64,000 nt of DNA from Felis catus (lineage: Eukaryota): NCBI RefSeq assembly GCF_018350175.1, contig NC_058368.1:184948001-185012000 (forward strand), given 5' to 3'. The notes beneath the pieces are model-generated. The model was not told the origin of the DNA. It saw nothing but the letters and a program-made list of their open reading frames with translations, and ran no database searches. Of this stretch, positions 38,970 to 52,175 are shown piece after piece; within the stretch, counting starts at the first letter, position 1, and each line of letters starts with the position of its first letter. A program made the translations under genes and the position numbers.

Positions 38970-40676
38970 CTAAAAAGACAGTAAGCCCATTTCTTTAGCT
39001 TATTTCAGTTAAAAAAACCCATAAAGGATAATATAGAACTCAGACCCATCATTACGACAATGTATCCTTGAGGTTTATTTTTCAACTGTGAAGGACCTAA
39101 CAATATCCAATCATACTTCAACTGCTGCCGGTCAATGCTATGTACCTACTTGGAACCAATTTTGGAGAAAGTGGACTAAGTTTCAGTGTAATGTTTGACT
39201 TCAGCCCATATGAAACCTTTTTTTCCCCCCTTTGTAACTCACTGTAGAACTGTCAGCACTGTGTTCTAGTTGGGCCAAATAATTAACTGGTCAAAGGCTT
39301 CTGTGAGGACTGAAACACCTTTACAGTTTATGCACAAAATTTCTTTCTAGGATGATGTGTTTTTCCAGGCTGTTTTCTTTATGTAATGTGTAAAATAGTT
39401 TTTAAATACTTTAGCACACACTGTTTATTCTGCTTCTAAAGCTTTACCCACTCCCAGTCTTTTATTTATTCTTTCCAGAATACCGACAATGTAGCAGTGT
39501 CAAGCTTCTATCCACCCTAAATTCCAGCTTAAACTAAACTTTAAGAAGCTTGTACCAGTGTTTGTACCCTTCTTTTCTTGGAACCCCTCTAATATATTTA
39601 TTCCTCTTTAGATGTTTAATTTTATTATACTTTGCATTGTATAATAGTTATTGGCGCAAACATTCTCCCATAAGATTATAATATTTTTAAGGGACAGATG
39701 TGTATTATTAATCTGTGCAACATTTATAGATTCAAAGGTAGTGTCCAAAGAATAGTTTAGTCTGTCTGAGCAAGTTTTTTGAACCATCCAATTCAGCAAA
39801 TACTGAGTTCTTTCTGTATATGATGTGTTGTGAAGGACTAAAAGATGAGTTTCATTCCAATTCACTAATGACCATGGGCACAGAGAAGGCAGATATATTT
39901 TTAACAGTTAAGCAAGCTCTGAAAGTTACATGGATGTCCACTTATCCAGTATAGGGAAATAATTACATATGTGTTCCTCCTTCAAAAGATACTGTCTTCC
40001 CTACTGTATGCAAACTGATGTTGGAAATGGCAATTATAAGCAAGATCTGAATAGGTCTAGGGCTAAAACAATTAGAACTTTATATATGACTAGAAATTAA
40101 GATACTCTATTGACCAGGTGGTTCACAGCATCAAAAAAACAAAAACAACAAAAACAGCAAAAAACCTCTCTCTTAAGTAGGCTTCACGCCCAGCATGGAG
40201 CCCAGCTTGGGGCATGAACTCCTGACCCTGAGATCAAGCCCTGAGTTGAGATCAAGAGTCGGACGCTTAACCTACTGAGGCACCCCAGTGCCCCAAACCT
40301 CTAATTCTTAACCACAATCTAGCATTCGGCCTCTAACAAATTTCTTTAAATTTAAAAACAACAGTAAATAAATGAAAATGCCCAACCAAAAATTTTTAAA
40401 AAACAACAGCCACCTCTCATACTGGGAGAGTCTGCAATTATTTGTTATTAGGTTGTTTTTCAATGTCAGAAGTTAAATCTAATGATGCATTCCTCTTGAT
40501 TCTAAGGAAGAGTATTCATCAATGCTGTAGCACACAGAATCATCACAATGTTTTGGCTACTTGATGAATATAAAAAGGTCAAGTTTATGAATACCAGCCC
40601 AAAGCTAGCTATTCCATCTCCAAAACACACTGAGCAAAATTAAGAAATACTCTGTGTAATGTAGCTTTAAACATAC

Positions 40677-40940
40677 CTTCATTTTGGACAGGAATCTGTC
40701 CAGTAAATTCACAGCTAGAGAAAATGTCTCCGTGTCGAAGCCAAAGAACTGAGTTAGACTAAGAAGATCTTTTACTTCAAAGTCCCTTAGCCTTGCAGTC
40801 ATTCTGAGGCCATTATCGTGTGCAGATTCGATTAGTCTCAAGCCGCAGACCTTTGGCTGACATCTCGACTCCTGTTCCAACAGGGCATTCAGCTGGTGTA
40901 GCAGTTTCTGAGAGTCAGTTGTTGTCAGTACCTCTATCAT
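40677..40940 (-). CDS. CCNG1: CCNG1 (cyclin G1) first coding exon (exon 2)
   Basis: tatag|ATG; MIEVLTTTDSQKLLHQLNALLEQESRCQPKVCGLRLIE...LLDRFLSKMK; donor gtatgt; 264 nt. Confidence 0.97.
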
Positions 40941-41903
40941 CTATATATAGAACAAGGCACAGAAAGAGTGTTAAGAAAAGCCCTTCCTGCGTTCAACAGA
41001 AAGCCAAGCAGTTTTTACTCAAGTCTCCCCTCCCCCAAAGCAGCTAGTGAATCTAAGTCCTTGCAAAGTGCCATCTGTTACCCCCAACCCCATGCCACCA
41101 GTTGGTCACATCCCAAATTGTGAGTTTTCTACAGGGTGGGAGCTGTGCCTTAAAAAATTTGCAAACCTTCAAGAAATTCTTGTTCAAGCCATTCACTGTC
41201 AAGAAATACCTAAGAATATCGATGCTGCAAGGGTGAAATTAGATGGTAGTATGTATTCTGCTATATATTAGCAACAAGGAACTGTTAATGTTAATTTTAC
41301 TTAATCTCTAGTGCCTCATCTATAAAGTGGGTATGACTATTATTACCTACCTCATAGGCTTGTGTGGAAAAATGAAATCACCTAGGTATAGTGCTTAGCA
41401 CCTATAGTAAGTACCTAGTAAACACGGGACAATAATAACTTATTTCTACGTCTGTAAAACGAGGTAACAATATTGGTCTCTGAATGGCTATTAAGATGAC
41501 TCACCTAGAGTTTTGCACAGTGCGTAACACACAGCGCTCAATAATTGATAACTGTTATTGGTGTCAGTAAAGGAAGCTTAAAGCGTGCTATGGGAACACG
41601 GAGTGAGGGCAGGAGGCTAATTTAGTTGCAAAATGAATTTAGGAGTTTCATTAATTTAAAAGCCGGTATTCCACAGCTACTATGTCCTGGCCACAACTAA
41701 GCCCCGGATACAGGGCTACCTCCCATACACCAACTGAAAGACAGGGAGGCAGGGGGATCTTTAAAGTGGGGCGACGGACGCAGATGAGGAACCACTAACT
41801 TTATGGGTCCAGCTCTTTTAGCCCTGGGCTGGTCCCTGGGGCCTGGCCAACCTGGCGTTAATACTTCTCAGGAGGTCGGGTCTGGCCCCGCCCCTCCAAG
41901 CTC

Positions 41904-41923
41904 GAACTAGCCTGGACTTGTTG
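41904..41923. promoter_or_regulatory. p53 response element in CCNG1 intron 1
   Basis: GAACTAGCCT GGACTTGTTG: two RRRCWWGYYY half-sites, no spacer, 19/20 match; CCNG1 is an established p53 target. Confidence 0.85.
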
Positions 41924-42099
41924 CTTACAGCAGCGGGAGAGTTAACTGAGAAAAAGGGCGCGGACCGAACTTACCCCTCACCCTACGCCCCCAACCCTGC
42001 TACCTAGCTGCACCACGAAGTCAACCCCGAAGTCCCAGCTCACCTTGACCGCGACTGCGGCTCCTCGGTGGTAACCTCCCTCCCCGGGCCTGCTCTCAC

Positions 42100-42250
42100 C
42101 TCACCCCAGGATATCAGATCCGACAAGCCCACGAGGCGAGAGGACTCGCGGGTAAGAGGTGAGTGGCCCGGGGAGGGAGAGCCGTCCTGGGTGGAGGTCT
42201 CCGCAGCGCCGCCCAGACGACACTGCCCACCACAGAGTCAGCTCGGAGCC
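42100..42250 (-). other. CCNG1: CCNG1 non-coding exon 1 (approximate; alternative donors)
   Basis: GC-rich segment ending in GGG/GTGAG/GTGAGA donors at 42104 and 42099; the coding exon starts right at an acceptor, so a non-coding upstream exon is required. Confidence 0.65.
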
Positions 42251-45200
42251 GAAGGGGCCGCGCCTGACTGCCCGAGTAATATATTGGAGGGCGGGGCTTT
42301 CCCGAGTCGGGAGGGGGAGGGGGAAATTTTCGCCCCTGATTGGTGTAGTTCCTTTGATGGATGGCCCCAGCGGTCCAAAGAGGGCTAGTCTGTGGAGGAA
42401 GAAGTCTAGCCAATCAGCACACACTTCCCATCAGAGTCAAATTCTCCGCCCCTTGAGACCACGCCCTACTTCCTCTAAGCGTCTCTCATTGGAGAATTTT
42501 CTAAAGCGTCTTCAATGAAGGGGAGGTCGAACTAAATGCTGCACGCCCCCTGTCCCTGGTAAGGTCTCCTCTGGCAACCGGATTGGCCAGGACATCCTTC
42601 CAGAGTGTACTGGGAGTTTTTGTTTCCTGTGGTTTAGTAAAGTGGTTCGGCCTTCTCTTTTTAAAATTACAGGGGCTAGTTACAAAACACAAAGTAAAGC
42701 CTTGATTTTTCATTACAGATGGAGAGTTGGTGTATTTTCTATGGGGTGGTGTATTAAATTTCATAGGTTTCTTCTTGTGAGCTTTGGATATCAATATTTC
42801 TTGCCTTAATTTGCTTTTTGTATAATTTATCAAAGAATGGAGTCGGGGTAGGTACAGTCTTGGTCTTTACCAATTTTCTGAATTTTATTTTTTAACAAAT
42901 TGAAAGAGAAAAGTTGGTAGCTTTTTAAGGGCTTAAAATGGAAGGTGTGTGGTTGAGTCCTAAGAGGAGTACATGGGGAAATAGTTGTAGTAACTATGAA
43001 TCTAAGTCCACAGATCCGTGTGTGAAGTGAGCCCATGCCACGTTGGTGGGAAAATAATTGGCCTGAAGCCTTCTTGGACTCCCTTCCTCTTTCTCTCACT
43101 GTCACAGATGAGAAGGGTCTGCGTTAAAAGGACCTGAGGACTGGTGAGCAAGGAGTCAGTTATCAGTTCTCATGGACTGTGCTGGGATGTCTCTGTTCTC
43201 ATGATCTCTTCCTGGTTAGTGGCCATCTGGGCTATTAAAAGTAAAACTCTGAAAGATTTACTGGTATTTCTGCTCTTTACGGTGTATTTTCTTGAGGCAA
43301 TGCCACAGAATCAAGTCCTGAAATGGGGGCAGAGTTGTGGAGAGAAAGGGGGAGGAGAAACTGGGGAGAAAAGTTAATATTTCAAAATAACACCTCAGCC
43401 ACAAAATCATGTTAGTTGACAAAGTGCAGCCTTTCAAATGGGGAAGGGGCCTTGGTCCTCCTTGAAAACAAACTTACATAATGAATATAAATGGACAATT
43501 TAAAAAATACTACAATAATATGTGAGTTTACAAATGTACATGTTTGTCTTTTGGCTTTTAGTTACAGCATCATTCACTGATATCTATTGAACACATAATA
43601 CGTGCCAGTGGAGAACAACATATATTGGTCCCTGTCCTTGTGGAACATGTAAGGCTTGTGGACACTATGAACACATAGACTTTGGAATAAAACTTTTTCA
43701 AATCATAGGCTACTAACTAGCTATGTGACTTTTAGCAAGTTATTAAATCACATTGAGTTTCCATTCTTTTTTCAAAAATGGGAAGTAAAAGCACCCTCTT
43801 CATAGCATTATTGAGAAGATTAAAGCAAAGTACATAAAGAAGTAGGCAATATGCCTGGAACAGAGTAAATACTTGCTAAATAGTAGCCTTTATTATTAAA
43901 TTACTAACATTTCTTTGGAAATGTCTTGCTTAACCATACATTTGATTGTGTTTTCTCTATTGTCAGATTTAGTGTTCTCAGCCTAGAATCAGACTATTAG
44001 AATATTATTTATTTAAAATTAATAAAAGTATCTAAGTTGCATGTATTATTTTCTATACCTATTATACTTGAAATTTTCACATGAGACTCTACGTAATATA
44101 TCATTATTTATGTAAAAATGTTTCTCTCACATTAGAATCTTATTATTTTAAAATCTGCAATTCCCTACATGAAAGAAATTGTTTCAATAGCGCTAAAGAA
44201 ACATTGATTAAAAATAACTCAACTCAAATGGATATTCCTTACCTTTTCTCGTTCCCCTCACCCCGTCATTTCTATTCATAATATTAGAATACAATCATTT
44301 AAATAATTGAAAAGACCTAACTAGAAAAATGTGCAAATGTACCACCCAATTATGTGCTCTTGTGAAAGAAAGAAAATGAGCCATTCATTAGTTATGATTT
44401 TATTTTTAAAGATGTGTAGATTTAATAATGAGTTTCTGTCAGGAATAATTCAAATGACTGGCTTCTAAGGTATTTTCTAGGCTCAATGATATATGCAGCT
44501 GCCATCTTCTTACTTTCTTCTCCGTCGACAGTTAAGTGCAGCAAGAACCAAAGCTCAGAATAATAGCCTTGAGGCTGGGCAAGAATCCCAGGCAGTCACA
44601 GGAAGATTTAATCATATTCTCTACATTTTAGACTGCAGAAGTGCCTTTGAGCAACAAAAATTATAACAGGTATAACAGTGATTGTATGTCAAATGCTGCC
44701 ATGACTCATAGGGAAATTCCTAATTGGTTCTGTTTCCATCCAGGAGATTGGAGGAGGTTTTGCCTCACCCTCTTTGGGCTCCTTGACAAATGTCCAGAAC
44801 TTTTGGATGTAGATTTTTCCAGTTGTGATGAGGGACTAAGAAGTGAGGATGAAAAGGATCTCAGCTTAGTACCTTCCCCTCTGTTTCCTGATCCTTCCTG
44901 GAACGAGTTATTACAACCCCTACTACCTCCAGCTGTTCGCTAGAACATCTACTCAGTCCTGTTTGTATGAAGACAGCTTGCTTGTCAGTGGCTTTTTTTG
45001 AGTCTTTACTAGCTCCTAGGATACCAGAGAAATTGTGTATCGTCTGGGTGGTGGTGGGGAGGCAGGACGAAGGATCCGTGGAAAATAGATTAGTAAGGTC
45101 AGGTATATCTTGCCCTTCAGAGATTCTCACTACCTCAGAAAAGGTAACCGCTTTCAACTAATTGGGGTTTAATTATATTCAAAACACCTAACTTTGTTAA

Positions 45201-45336
45201 GTAACCACTGCTTCATAAAGGCACTGGGAAACGTTAGAGGGAGATCTCCTGTTCTCTAGCATTTAGTTTAATGGTCACAGATTCTGTTGACTGCAGGGCT
45301 AAAAGCCAAGATCAGCCAATAATAAAAAGAGTTTGC

Positions 45337-45471
45337 AGGGCATCTGGGTGGCTCAGTCGATTGAGTGTCAGATTCTTGATTTCAGCTCAGGTCATGATCC
45401 CAGGATCATGGGATCGGGCTTTGCATTGGGCTCCTTGTCAGACTCCCTGCTGAGCATGGAGCCTGCTTAAG

Positions 45472-45534
<63 letters not shown>

Positions 45535-45622
45535 GTCTCTCTCTCCCTCTCTTTTCTCCTCTGCCCCTTCTCCTGCCCCCCCCCAACCTCCTGCCTGTGT
45601 GTGCCCCCTCTCTCTCTCAAAA
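45337..45622 (+). mobile_element. CAN-SINE with long (CT)n
   Basis: ggggcatctgggtggctcag head, expanded CT tract. Confidence 0.85.
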
Positions 45623-46020
45623 AAGTTTGTGTTTGTCATATATTTACCATGTTCCAGGTTGTATGCTGAACTTAAACCCATGTGATCTTACTTAGTTCTC
45701 TAAAACTCGGATATTATTATTATCATTATTATTATTATTCAGAAATGAGGGATATCTTGTATACTTTCCATTTACTAGCTACCATTTACTGTTTACTAAA
45801 TATACTTTATACATAACTTGAATTTGGATTTTATTACATTAAAAAAAAGTTTTTATTTTGGAACATTTCAAACTCATTACCTATCTTCAGTAGCTATCAA
45901 CATTTTGTCCATGTTGTCTATTTACTTTCTGTTTGTCCATTCAACAAATATTTACTGAGGACTTTGGAGGTGTCAGACCATTGTATTTTGTAGTCCAGAA
46001 GTAAAAATGTTATAATTCTT

Positions 46021-46551
46021 GGGGCGCCTGGCTGGCTCAGCCATTAGAGCCCGTGACTCTTGATCTTGGGGTTGTGAATTCAAGCTCCACATTGGGCATA
46101 CAGTTTACTTAAAAAATAAATGAATAAATAAATAAATTTAAAAAATGTAATAGCTTTTGGGCCACAGGGTGTGTTGGTTGTTGCTCTCTGTGAAGATAGG
46201 GGATGGAAGGAGAAGCTGGGTCATTGTTTTCCAGGTGCATCTCTTCTTTAGTCTGAAGGCCACACTGAGGGGGTCTCTGTGGTCTTCTGCTTTAGTAGGA
46301 GAGGGTGGGAATGGGGAGGGATAACAATTCCTTTCCTTTAAAAAAATTTTTATTTATTTAACATTTATTTTGAGACAGAGAAAGTAAGCAGGCAAGAGGC
46401 AGAGAGAGAAGGAGAGAGAGAGAATCCCAAGTAGGCTCTGCACTGTTAGCACAGAGCCTGATGAAGGGCTCAGTCTCATGAACCATGAAATCATGACCTG
46501 AGCCAAAATCAAGAGTCTGCGGCTTATCTGACCGAGCTACCTGGAAGCCCC
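46021..46551. mobile_element. Two SINEs, 46021-46140 (+) and ~46350-46551 (-)
   Basis: Recognisable heads and tails. Confidence 0.82.
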
Positions 46552-48794
46552 AGTAATTCCCTTCCTTATTCAGGTTTCTGCCTAGGCCGCTACCCTGTCT
46601 TCCCCAAAGCATGTGCGTATACACATACACATCTAAACAAAAGGTTTTGACAGAGTTGAGGTTTGGCAAATGAAACATTGCATTTGCTAATCTTGCGTTT
46701 TTCTTCCTTTGCATTGTACTAGAATAAGGTTATGTTGTAGGCCAGAACTTTTGTTCTCTACATTAGCCTTAAACTGTCTGAGGCCTTCCTTGCTTCATGT
46801 CATTACTTTCCTCATTTCTTTGGCCTCTTAACTCTAATTCCTGATCTGAGATTTGAAAGATTTAGCCAACTGAAGAGGCTGGTGCAAAGGGCATTCCAGA
46901 CAAAAGTAGCAGTATGTTCAAAAGGCTCCAAGGAAAGAGAGGGTGAGTGGATTTCTACAAATGGGATATAGATTACTCTGGCTAGAGGTTGGAGGGTGTT
47001 GAGCGGAGGTGTCTAACAATGAGATGGGGAAAGAAACGGTTGTTCATCCTAAAGGGCCATGTATACCATGTATACCATTCTTGGAATTTTGGACTTTATT
47101 CTATAAGTTTTAGGTAACCAACCATGGAACTTAAAGAGAATACCACAATTGGACTGTGATTTAGAAAGACCACTGGGCAACAGTGTGGAGGCTAGGAAGA
47201 AGGAATCAAGAGTGTACTTGCGAAGAGTAGTTGAGAGACCATTGCCTTAATCTAGGGAAAAAGTGACAGGATTGAACTGAGAAATAAGAAAGTAAAAATG
47301 GGAATGGAAAGAAGGAGATAGATTTAAGGGACCTTTCGGGCTAGAGCTGGTGGATGTGGAGACTGGTTAGATTTGATTGGCCAGGGGATCAGGAAGAAGG
47401 AAGAGTTCAGTAATAATGTTCAGATTTTTGGTTTAAGTAACAGGTTGAATGGTGATTCTATTTATGTGCTAAGATCAGGGAATACAGGAAAAAGACCAGG
47501 TTTGTGGAGGAAATATTTGAGCCAGTGATGCCTGAGGATAGCGATGTCCAAAAGACATGCAGAACAACTCTGGGTACTCCAGATAGCCGTGGGCTTCATC
47601 AGAATATAGGGGATGATTTGAGTTATAGAAATAAATCAGGAAGAAGAGATACAGGAGAGAATGTGTTAAGGAAGCAAGAGAAAAGTTTTCAAGGAGAGAG
47701 GGAGCACCAGTACTTGATGTTGTAAAGAGGATAAAATGATGTATGAACACAAAAGAGAGAAAATGAAATCAATGAATATACAAACCATTCTTTCAAGGAG
47801 ATTGACTATGAGGGGTGGAAGCAATGGGCAGAGGGTGCACATGATATTGAGAGAGATGTTTTGCTTTTCAAAGATGAGCTAGATTTGCACGTGTTTAAAT
47901 GATGCCTGGAAAGAGCCAGCAGGGAAAAAGAAGCATCTGACCACTGGAACAATCTAAAGCCTCATGTGACACTAGTCAATTTACATTTGGTCAGCTGTAT
48001 TGTTATAGAAGCTTCTAGTCAAATACTCACAGATTACAATGGAAGCGAACATCACAGAGGAGCAGAAATTCGATGTATTTAGCATGCTTGAAATTCTCTA
48101 AATAGATGTTAAGAAACATCACTAAAAGCTTCATATATGTTTATGTTTTCTACAATTGTTTTATGTTCATGATTTCCAGTCTGAAATTATTTAAAGGGCT
48201 CTTCTTGATTTAAAATATTCTGGCTTGTCAAGTTTAGGAGCATTGTATCAGTGTTGAAGAAAGAGTAATAAATTAAAACATGCATTTTATGTGCCCATGT
48301 GTAGTTAAAATATGATGGAACAAAGCTTCAATTTGCTTAAGCCTTCTAAAATATCTAGCTTTTTGTTGGAAGTCGCCCATGCATAGATTTAGCTCAAATA
48401 GAATAAAAACTTCAGGCACATTATTGAAGTTTCTATTTTTAATGGAAATATGCATATATTTACATCCTGCAACCATAAATACAGTCTATGTGAGCATGAA
48501 AATACTTGGATGTGATAAATAATACTGCCAAATAGCATTGATACAGATTTCTCTATAAGACGTTTCCTGCCAATCCTTGCCTGGTAGAAGAACTTTCAAT
48601 AATTAATTTGGTTGAGACACAAGGGACAGACTACATTTTGGGTCTGTTTCCCTCCTTATTAGTTCACAGCCTCAGTGCTTTCATATTTTAACAGTTCATC
48701 AAAAGTTGTGAGGCTTAATTGAACTAATACATGGAAAGAGAACATGTAAGAGCTCAGTAAGTATTAGATATTATTATTGTTATTATTAGCATTT

Positions 48795-49133
48795 TTTATT
48801 CAATTTTGAGAGACAGAGACAGAGTGCTAGCTGGGGAGGGGCAGAGAGAGAGGGAGACACAGGATCTGAAGCAGGCTCCAGCCTCTGAGCTGTCAGCACG
48901 GAGTCCGACGTGGGTCTTGAACCCATGTACTGTGATGCGAGATCATGACCTGAGGTGAAGTTGGATGCTTAACTGACTGAGCTACCCAGGCATCCCAGTT
49001 ATTATTATTTTTACGTAGTCTTCAGAACCCAGCACAGAACCCAGCACAGGGCTCGAACTCACGACCCTGAGATCAAGACCTGAGCTAAGATCAGGAGTCT
49101 GATGCTTAACCTACTGAGCCACCCAGGCATCCC
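48795..49133 (-). mobile_element. Two adjacent CAN-SINEs
   Basis: Reverse bodies, both ending acccaggcatccc. Confidence 0.85.
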
Positions 49134-49520
49134 AGTGTTAGATATTATTATCTGTAGGTTTAAGTAACCTTCTGAGAGATAAATTATAATGCATAGCACT
49201 GCTGACATCAGTGATTAAGTGTATTTAAACTGAGTAATGTTATCAAGACATTGCCCTTCATTACTTACAATAATAAGTTAGCCTTCCAGTTGTTTTAACC
49301 TTGAAGCGGGAATTCATCTCCTAATATGCCAGATATAAGAGCTCAAAAACTGGGAGGAGTTGGCTTAATATAAATCTAATAAACATAATCCAATATTTTA
49401 GGTTTTTCTTTAGACTTCCTTCTGGTAAGCATTTTCCTTAAGAACTTTCCTTAAGAAACTTTTCATTAACGTGAAAGTGTGTAATGGTTCCCATCAAGAG
49501 GTAATGGCATCTTCTCTTTT

Positions 49521-49745
49521 TTTTTTTTTTTAATTTTTTTTTCAACGTTTATTTATTTTTGGGACAGAGAGAGACAGAGCATGAAAGGGCAAGGGGCAGA
49601 GAGAGAGGGAGACACAGAATCGGAAACAGGCTCCAGGCCCTGAGCCATCAGCCCAGAGCCCGACGCGGGGCTCGAACTCACGGACCGCAAGATCGTGACC
49701 TGGCTGAAGTCGGACGCTTAACTGACTGCGCCACCCAGGCGCCCC
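49521..49745 (-). mobile_element. Young felid-type CAN-SINE
   Basis: 15-bp TSD GGCATCTTCTCTTTT at 49506 and 49746; long T tract. Confidence 0.92.
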
Positions 49746-49854
49746 GGCATCTTCTCTTTTAAGTAAACTTCATCATTGACAAAGGAATTTCACATATATT
49801 TTCTTGTCTAAACTTCCTAGAATCCTTCCCAGAGTTTCAGGGCAAAGATTACGT

Positions 49855-50230
49855 TTTAGTTTGCTAGGTTGCCATGATAAAATATCTCAGACAGAATGAA
49901 TGGCTTAAATGACAGAAACTTATTTTCATATAGTCCTGGAGGCTGAAATCCAAATTCGAGGTGTCAGTAGGTTTGGACTCTCCTAAGGTCTCCCTTTGGA
50001 CTACAGATGGCCACCTTCTTGCTGTGTTCTTACATGGACTTTTCTCTGTGCTCACATCTTGCTGGTGTCACTTCTTCTACTTATAATGACAGCAGTCATA
50101 TTGGTTTAGAGCCACACCCTTAGGATCTCATTTAATTTTCTCTCATTAAAGGCCCTATTCCTAAAAATAGTCACAGTGGGGTTAGGACTTCAGCACATGA
50201 ATATTGAGGGGCACACAGTTTAGTCCATAT
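49855..50230 (-). mobile_element. MaLR (MLT1-type) solo LTR
   Basis: ttagtttgctaggttgccat...ggcttaaatgacagaaacttatttt...ggggcacacagtttagtccata. Confidence 0.75.
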
Positions 50231-50789
50231 TTTCTTGGAGAGAACAGTAAGGCCAGAGATTTTTCAGGGTCACTTGGCTTGTGGTTAGCTTTTCATGATC
50301 CTATTTTTCCCCATCACACATCTCACATTTCCTGCTGAAATTATTTCTCCAGAAATGCTTTCTTGATGGCATGTATTTATGAAATGATTTAAATTCAGAA
50401 ACAAAAGAATGGTATTTTATTCACACCTGAAATCCAAGTTTAGAATTTCTTTGATTGTATTTTGCTCTATTCAACTGAACTGACTGTCTTGGACTTCACT
50501 ATTGTTTATTTTTAGATGGTCATTTCACAATAGCTTTTAGACTAGCTTGAGAAATTAAGGGTTAGCTTATTCTAATAGTCCCTAACTCACAAACCCTTCA
50601 ACAAAAAACACTTAAAAAAGGGAAAGAAGCTGTTATGAAATTGCTAGCAAGGGATGTCATGTTACAAACCCCTCTTGGGCCATGAATTAACTATTGCTGT
50701 TTCAGATTTTCTTTTTTTTTTTAAATAGAGGAATTAATAGAGACATCTTATGAGTATCAAAACAAATTATATGTCCGCTGTGCCCTCGC

Positions 50790-52175
50790 TTCACCTTTCT
50801 GGAGGCTGGGGAAGCCAACAGTAAGGTGCTGGCAGATTTGGTTCCTGGTGAGATCCCTCTCTCTGATATACTTATAGCCACCTTTTAGCTCTATCTTCAC
50901 ATAGCAGAGGGGGTTTGGGGTCCCGGGCCCTGAGAGGATGGAAAGGCAAGCTCTCAATGAACTATTGGGACTTCATCAAGATAAAAAGCTTCTTCACAGT
51001 GAAGGGAACAATCAACAGAACTAAAAGGCAACTGACAGAATGGGAGAAGATATTTGCAAATGGCATATCTGATAAAGGGTTAGTATCCAAAATCTGTAAA
51101 GAACTTATCAAACTCAACACCCAAAAAACAAATAATCCAGTGAAGAAATGGGCAAAAGACATGAATAGATACTTCTCCAAAGAAGACATCCAGATGGCCA
51201 ACCAACACATGAAAATATGCTCAACATCATCATCAGGGAAATACAAATAAAAATCACGATGAGATGCCACCTCACACCTGTCAGAATAGCTAAAACTAAC
51301 AACACAGGAAACAATAGATGTTTGTGAGGATGTGGAGAAAGGGAAACACTCTTGCACTGTTGATGGGAATGCAAAGTGGTGCAACCACTCTGAAAATCAA
51401 TATGGAAGTTGCTCAAAAAGTGAAAAATAGAGCTACCCTAAGATACAGCAATTGCCCTGCTAGATATTTACCCAAAGGATACAAAATTACAGATTTGAAA
51501 GGGACCCGTGCACCCTGATGTTTATAGCAGCACTATCAACAATAGTCAAACTATGGAAAAAGCCCAAATGTCCATCAACTGAGGAATGGATAAAGAAGGT
51601 GTGGCATATATATGCAATGGGATATTACTCAGCCATCAAAAAGAATGAAATCTTGCCAGTTGCAATAAAATGGATGGAGCTAGAGTATATTATGCTAAGT
51701 GAAATAAGTCAGGGAAAGAAAGAAAAATACCGTATGATTTCACTCATATGTGGAATTTAAGAACCAGAACAGATGAACATATAGTAAAGAAAAAAAAAAA
51801 GACAGGGAAGCAAACCATAACAGACTTTTAAGTATAGAAAACAAACTAAGGGTTGATGGAGGGAGGTGGGTAAGGGAGGGCTAAATGGGTAATGGGTATT
51901 AAGGAGGGCACTTGTTATGATGAACACTGAATGTTATATATAAGTGATGAATCAGTAAATTCTGCTCCTGAAACTACATGTTAATCAGAATTTAAATAAA
52001 AATTTGAAATAAAAAAAAAAGAAAGAAGAGCTGTCCAATCCCATCAACTGAGTCCCACCTTCCTCACCTCATTCAAACTTAATTATCTCCTACAGACCCC
52101 ACCTTCAAATCCATCACATTGAGGAGTTAGGGCTTCAACATATGAATTTTTGGAGAGCACATTCACTCCATAACA
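50790..52175. mobile_element. MaLR LTR split by a carnivore L1 3' fragment (50956-52020, +)
   Basis: LTR halves 50790-50955 and 52035-52175; L1 ORF2 C-terminus ([12 protein letters not shown]...; MFIAALSTIVKLWKKPKCPSTEEWIKK...) with A tail. Confidence 0.85.

Larger units (their letters stand above)
41700..42600 (-). promoter_or_regulatory. CCNG1: CCNG1 CpG island / promoter
   Basis: CpG-rich; GC boxes near 42288 and 41886; CCAAT/ATTGG near 42339, 42410, 42488, 42582. Confidence 0.85.

Noticed and set aside
42068..42518. Four overlapping ~100-aa ORFs at the CCNG1 promoter
   Set aside because: Expected in a CpG island; no coding signature
50915..51760. ORFs resembling a reverse-transcriptase element C-terminus
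   Set aside because: Frameshifted, 5'-truncated L1 ORF2; not an active element or host gene
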